Shown here: positions 63,401 through 64,000 of the stretch, piece by piece | Layout: the number at the start of each line of letters is the position of its first letter | How positions within the stretch are numbered: position 1 is the stretch's first letter | From: Yuukianura sp. NJ FZ-2021 | Taxonomy: Eukaryota | DNA: 64,000 nt | Reading direction: 5' to 3' | Assembly (NCBI GenBank): GCA_046563655.1 | Contig: CM102285.1 | Location: 9,362,001 to 9,426,000 of the forward strand | Program-made: the position numbers and the translations under genes | Notes under the pieces: model-generated | Database searches by the model: none | The model's input: the letters and a program-made list of their open reading frames with translations, nothing else | What the model was told of the DNA's origin: nothing

Positions 63401-64000
63401 CTCCCTCTCAAAATTTCAGATGAATATGGACTCCCCACCCTTGGAGTTAAGTGGAATCCATCGAGTGACACTTTCAGTATGTCAATTCCCGAATTTGACT
63501 CCAAAGTCAATCCCACGAAAAGATCAGTGCTCTCCGTCATCGCTCGGATCTTCGATCCCTTAGGGTGGCTTTCGCCAGTCACCATTCGACCAAAGCTTCT
63601 GCTCCAAGAACTTTGGAAATCAAAGTGCGATTGGGACACTCCTCTACCTCCACAATTTGTTCAAAAGTGGAACAAAATTCAAAGTGACTTACCCCTGTTA
63701 AGTGAATTTGAAATTCCACGTTGCTACTCAACCGGAATTTTCAATCCTGGTGTAAGTGATCCCGAACTAACATACGAACTTTTTGGGTTTTCCGACGCCA
63801 GCAATGTCGCATATTCAGCAGTTGTTTACATTCGGTGTTCGGATCCAAAAGGTAATTCCACAGTTTACCTTGTCGGAGCAAAAACTAAAGTAGCTCCAGT
63901 CAAGGGCGACACAATTCCAAGATTAGAGTTGAATGGTGCTAGGCTACTTTCAAACTTTGTGAAAACTATCAGTTCAGCTCTACCCATCAAACTAAATTCA
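60440..64000 (+). mobile_element. BEL/Pao LTR retrotransposon gag-pol polyprotein, open to the window end (>=1187 codons)
   Basis: ATG 60440. Gag-like LPKFSGKFSEWEEFRDLF...EKIVYLKTSLSGEA; triple zinc knuckle (CNLCGQSHRIHQC, CFNCLAYGHKDAEC, CSDCAKRHHSLLH); protease VDKGSQ; RT (ADISKFFNQI, LTFGVTSSPYLA, LVDN, LRKWASN, IFDPLGWLSP); RNase H FSDAS...AKTKVAP..TIPRLEL. All in one frame. Confidence 0.95.

Overview
Eukaryotic, arthropod-like genomic DNA with short (~60-100 bp) GT-AG introns, so the ORF track mostly shows exon fragments and antisense shadows. All recognisable genes are on the + strand. (1) The 3' part of a spectraplakin gene (short stop/MACF1/dystonin type, ~689-28024): two giant plectin-repeat exons with a PEVK-like tandem-repeat insert, a spectrin rod, EF-hands, a GAS2/GAR domain and an SxIP-rich tail, plus several candidate alternative exons. 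One candidate could add a transmembrane signal-anchor. (2) An unrecognised ORF pair at 30.7-32.5 kb ending in SxIP motifs. (3) Two tandem 9-exon luciferase/4CL-like acyl-CoA synthetase genes plus a relic of a third. (4) A gypsy-type LTR remnant with a tRNA-Arg-like PBS. (5) An orexin/allatotropin-receptor-like GPCR (5 coding exons seen) whose introns hold a PIF/Harbinger-type MITE and an apparently intact BEL/Pao retrotransposon running off the window end. A Helentron/DINE-like element opens the window. Exon boundaries were read by hand from splice signals and frame, with no transcript or database evidence.
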